A stretch of DNA of 32,000 nt from an uncultured bacterium. Lineage in GTDB: Bacteria; Margulisbacteria; WOR-1; CAVSGV01. The notes under the pieces were generated by a model. It was not told where the DNA came from and did no database searches. It worked only from the letters and a program-made list of their open reading frames with translations. Shown here in pieces: positions 30,141 through 32,000 of the stretch; the stretch's first letter is position 1, and every line of letters starts with the position of its first letter. The position numbers were made by a program, and so were the translations under genes. The DNA is taken from assembly GCA_963699255.1 (NCBI GenBank), contig OY969425.1:30001-62000 (forward strand). The letters are read 5' to 3'.

Positions 30141-31256
30141 TTGATAAATAAGAACAATTTGGTAAAGCGTTTCATTAAATACGTTAAGATCGACAGCCTG
30201 TCGGGAAAAGAAGCCCGGTTCATGAAGCTTATCAGGAAACAGCTGTCGGATATGGGGATCAGGTCATATCAGGACAATGCCGGCCGCAAGATCGGGGGCG
30301 ACTGCGGCAACCTTTACGCTTTCATTAAAGGCACGGTAAAGGGCGCGCCAAGGATACTTATTAACGCTCATGTTGACACGGTCATGCCGGGGGAGAACAT
30401 CAGGCCGCGGATAAGGAAAGGGATCATCCGCAGCGACGGGAAAACTATATTAGGCGCGGATAACAAGGCCGGCGTCGCGGTGATAATGGAAGTTTTAAAA
30501 ACGATCAGGTCAAATAAAGTGCCTCACGGGGACCTGGATATTCTGTTCACTGTTTCGGAAGAAACCGGTCTCATGGGCTCAAAATACGTGGACAGGAAAT
30601 TCCTGAAGGCCGACTTCGGCTATGTCCTGGACGGCGGGGAAGTGGAGGAGATGATCAACAATGCCCCTTCGCAGGACTCGTTCGACATCACGATAACGGG
30701 GCGCGCGGCGCATGCAGGGGTCCATCCGGAGCAGGGGATAAACGCGATCAAGGTCGCGTCCGCGGCGATATCAAAGATGAGACTCGGAAGGATCGACCAT
30801 GAAACCACCGCCAATATCGGGATAATAAAAGGCGGCGTCGCGACGAATATCGTCCCTGAAACCGTTAATATTCTGGGAGAGGCGAGGAGCCGCGACATGA
30901 AGAAACTGAGGCGGCAGGTGAAGCATATGGTAAGCGTCCTGCGCGAGGCGTGCTCTAAATTCAAGGCAAAACTGATATGCAAGGTCACGCCTTCTTACAG
31001 GGCGTTCAATATCCCAAAGACGCATAAGGCATTGGTCCTGGCGCAGAAAGCGGCAAAAAAGATCGGATTGAAACCGGTCGTTAAACCTACCGGCGGCGGA
31101 AGCGACGCGAATATTTTCTCTTCATTTGGACTGCCGTGCCTGATCCTGGGCGTCGGAGCGGACAGCGTCCACACAAAAAAAGAGAACATAGCCGTGGATG
31201 ACATGGCGGCCGGCGCGGACCTTCTTTTAAATATCATAAAGGAGAGCTTGGGATGA
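30141..31256 (+). CDS. M20/M25/M40-family metallopeptidase (PepT-like tripeptidase)
   Basis: The start is TTG, preceded by GGAGGG (30130-30135). Motifs are NAHVDTV, GADNKAG, TVSEETGLMGS, GRAAHAG and GGGSDAN. Confidence 0.85.
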   Translation: MINKNNLVKRFIKYVKIDSLSGKEARFMKLIRKQLSDMGIRSYQDNAGRKIGGDCGNLYAFIKGTVKGAPRILINAHVDTVMPGENIRPRIRKGIIRSDGKTILGADNKAGVAVIMEVLKTIRSNKVPHGDLDILFTVSEETGLMGSKYVDRKFLKADFGYVLDGGEVEEMINNAPSQDSFDITITGRAAHAGVHPEQGINAIKVASAAISKMRLGRIDHETTANIGIIKGGVATNIVPETVNILGEARSRDMKKLRRQVKHMVSVLREACSKFKAKLICKVTPSYRAFNIPKTHKALVLAQKAAKKIGLKPVVKPTGGGSDANIFSSFGLPCLILGVGADSVHTKKENIAVDDMAAGADLLLNIIKESLG

Positions 31257-31783
31257 TGGAGAAGACCCTGAAAACAAATAGGATATATAAAGGCAGGATC
31301 GTCGGATTGAGGGAGGACACTGTCAAACTAGTTAACGGAGTGGTGTCCAAAAGGGAGATAGTTGAGCATCCGGGCGCCGTCGCCGTTATCGCCGTTACAA
31401 AAGACGGCAGGATGGTCCTGATAAGGCAGTTCAGGAAACCCGCGGAGAAAGTTCTTCTTGAAATTCCCGCGGGGCTTGTGCACAAGGGAGAAAGCAATAT
31501 CAACGGCGCGCGAAGGGAGCTTACGGAAGAGACCGGATATGTGGCCGGCAGGATCAGGGAGATATTCAGCGGCTACTCGTCCCCTGGGTACAGCACGGAA
31601 GTGATAAAATTCTTCCTCGCGACCGACCTGAAGAAAGCGGAACAAAATTGCGATGCGGATGAAATGATCAGCGTTGAACTTTGTCCCGTGAAAAAAGCCC
31701 TGAAGATGCTGAGGCTGGGAAAGATAAGGGACAATAAAACAGCCGTCGGAATACTGCTAGCTAATATTTTATGGAAAAGATAA
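31253..31783 (+). CDS. Nudix hydrolase, ADP-ribose pyrophosphatase-like
   Basis: The ATG overlaps the upstream stop (ATGA). The Nudix box is GLVHKGESNINGARRELTEETGY. The length (176 aa) and the flanking EIVEHPGAVAVIAV are typical of the NudF type. Confidence 0.85.
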   Translation: MMEKTLKTNRIYKGRIVGLREDTVKLVNGVVSKREIVEHPGAVAVIAVTKDGRMVLIRQFRKPAEKVLLEIPAGLVHKGESNINGARRELTEETGYVAGRIREIFSGYSSPGYSTEVIKFFLATDLKKAEQNCDADEMISVELCPVKKALKMLRLGKIRDNKTAVGILLANILWKR

Positions 31784-32000
31784 TAGAAGAATTTTTAAGC
31801 CACCTTAAGTATGAAAGGGGATACAGCGGGAACACCGTATCTGCTTATAAGAGGGACCTTGCTCATTTTGACAGGCATTTGAGGCAGCTGAATATCAGCT
31901 CTGTAAGCAGCATCACAAGGCCCGCGATAAGTTCGTTCGTCACGGCCCTTGTGGGGATGGGGCTTGAAGCTTCAAGCATAGAAAGGCATGTTGCGGCGGT
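31771..32000 (+). CDS. Tyrosine recombinase, XerC/XerD type (5' partial; runs off the window)
   Basis: ATG 31771 overlaps the Nudix gene by 13 nt. My hand translation MEKIIEEFLSHLKYERGYSGNTVSAYKRDLAHFDRHL matches the N-terminal SAM-like core-binding domain signature of Xer recombinases. Confidence 0.8.
   Translation, partial: MEKIIEEFLSHLKYERGYSGNTVSAYKRDLAHFDRHLRQLNISSVSSITRPAISSFVTALVGMGLEASSIERHVAA

Noticed and set aside
31771-32000. The tyrosine recombinase as evidence that the locus is an integrated mobile island
   Set aside because: Its N-terminus is of the chromosomal XerC/XerD type. It is translationally coupled to housekeeping genes. I saw no att-like direct repeats, tRNA target or other mobility genes.
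1-32000. CRISPR arrays, tRNA/rRNA genes, IS elements and toxin-antitoxin pairs
   Set aside because: I saw no spacer-repeat periodicity, no cloverleaf-compatible or rRNA-like sequence in the intergenic regions, and no transposase-like ORF or terminal inverted repeats.

Overview
All credible genes in this window lie on the + strand. Positions 107-27903 look like an accessory cell-envelope/adhesion locus from an uncultivated diderm-type bacterium, and 27908-32000 is ordinary housekeeping.

The accessory part contains:
(i) A tightly packed four-gene block (107-10507) of large proteins I cannot place in any family. It comprises a 1459-aa TPR-like helical protein and three beta-rich proteins of about 600-700 aa. 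The three lack Sec signal peptides and share a Ser/Thr-rich N-terminal motif.
(ii) A giant surface protein (10634-19754). It has a signal peptide, a YVTN-type beta-propeller, about 21 FN3-like modules in a nested repeat hierarchy, an IPT/TIG domain, a CBM-like domain and a duplicated unknown C-terminal domain.
(iii) An 800-aa FN3/IPT-repeat protein ending in a T9SS-type (FlgD-Ig-like) C-terminal sorting domain.
(iv) An unusual fusion of a PorV/PorQ-like outer-membrane barrel with six SLH domains.
(v) A CsoR/RcnR-fold regulator lacking all canonical ligand residues.
(vi) An 8-bladed PQQ-like beta-propeller protein carrying the same C-terminal sorting domain.

A recurrent promoter-like motif, TGAAATT-N12-nnCGATA(T/A), occurs four times. 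It precedes the ORFan block, its third gene and the PorV-SLH gene, and resembles the sigma28/FliA/SigD class.

Four frameshifts interrupt three of the surface-protein genes. None interrupts a housekeeping gene.

The housekeeping part encodes thiC, thiL, an M20 peptidase, a Nudix hydrolase and the 5' end of a XerC/XerD-type recombinase. I found no rRNA, tRNA, CRISPR array, IS element or reverse transcriptase. All family calls rest on motif recognition by eye; no database search was run.
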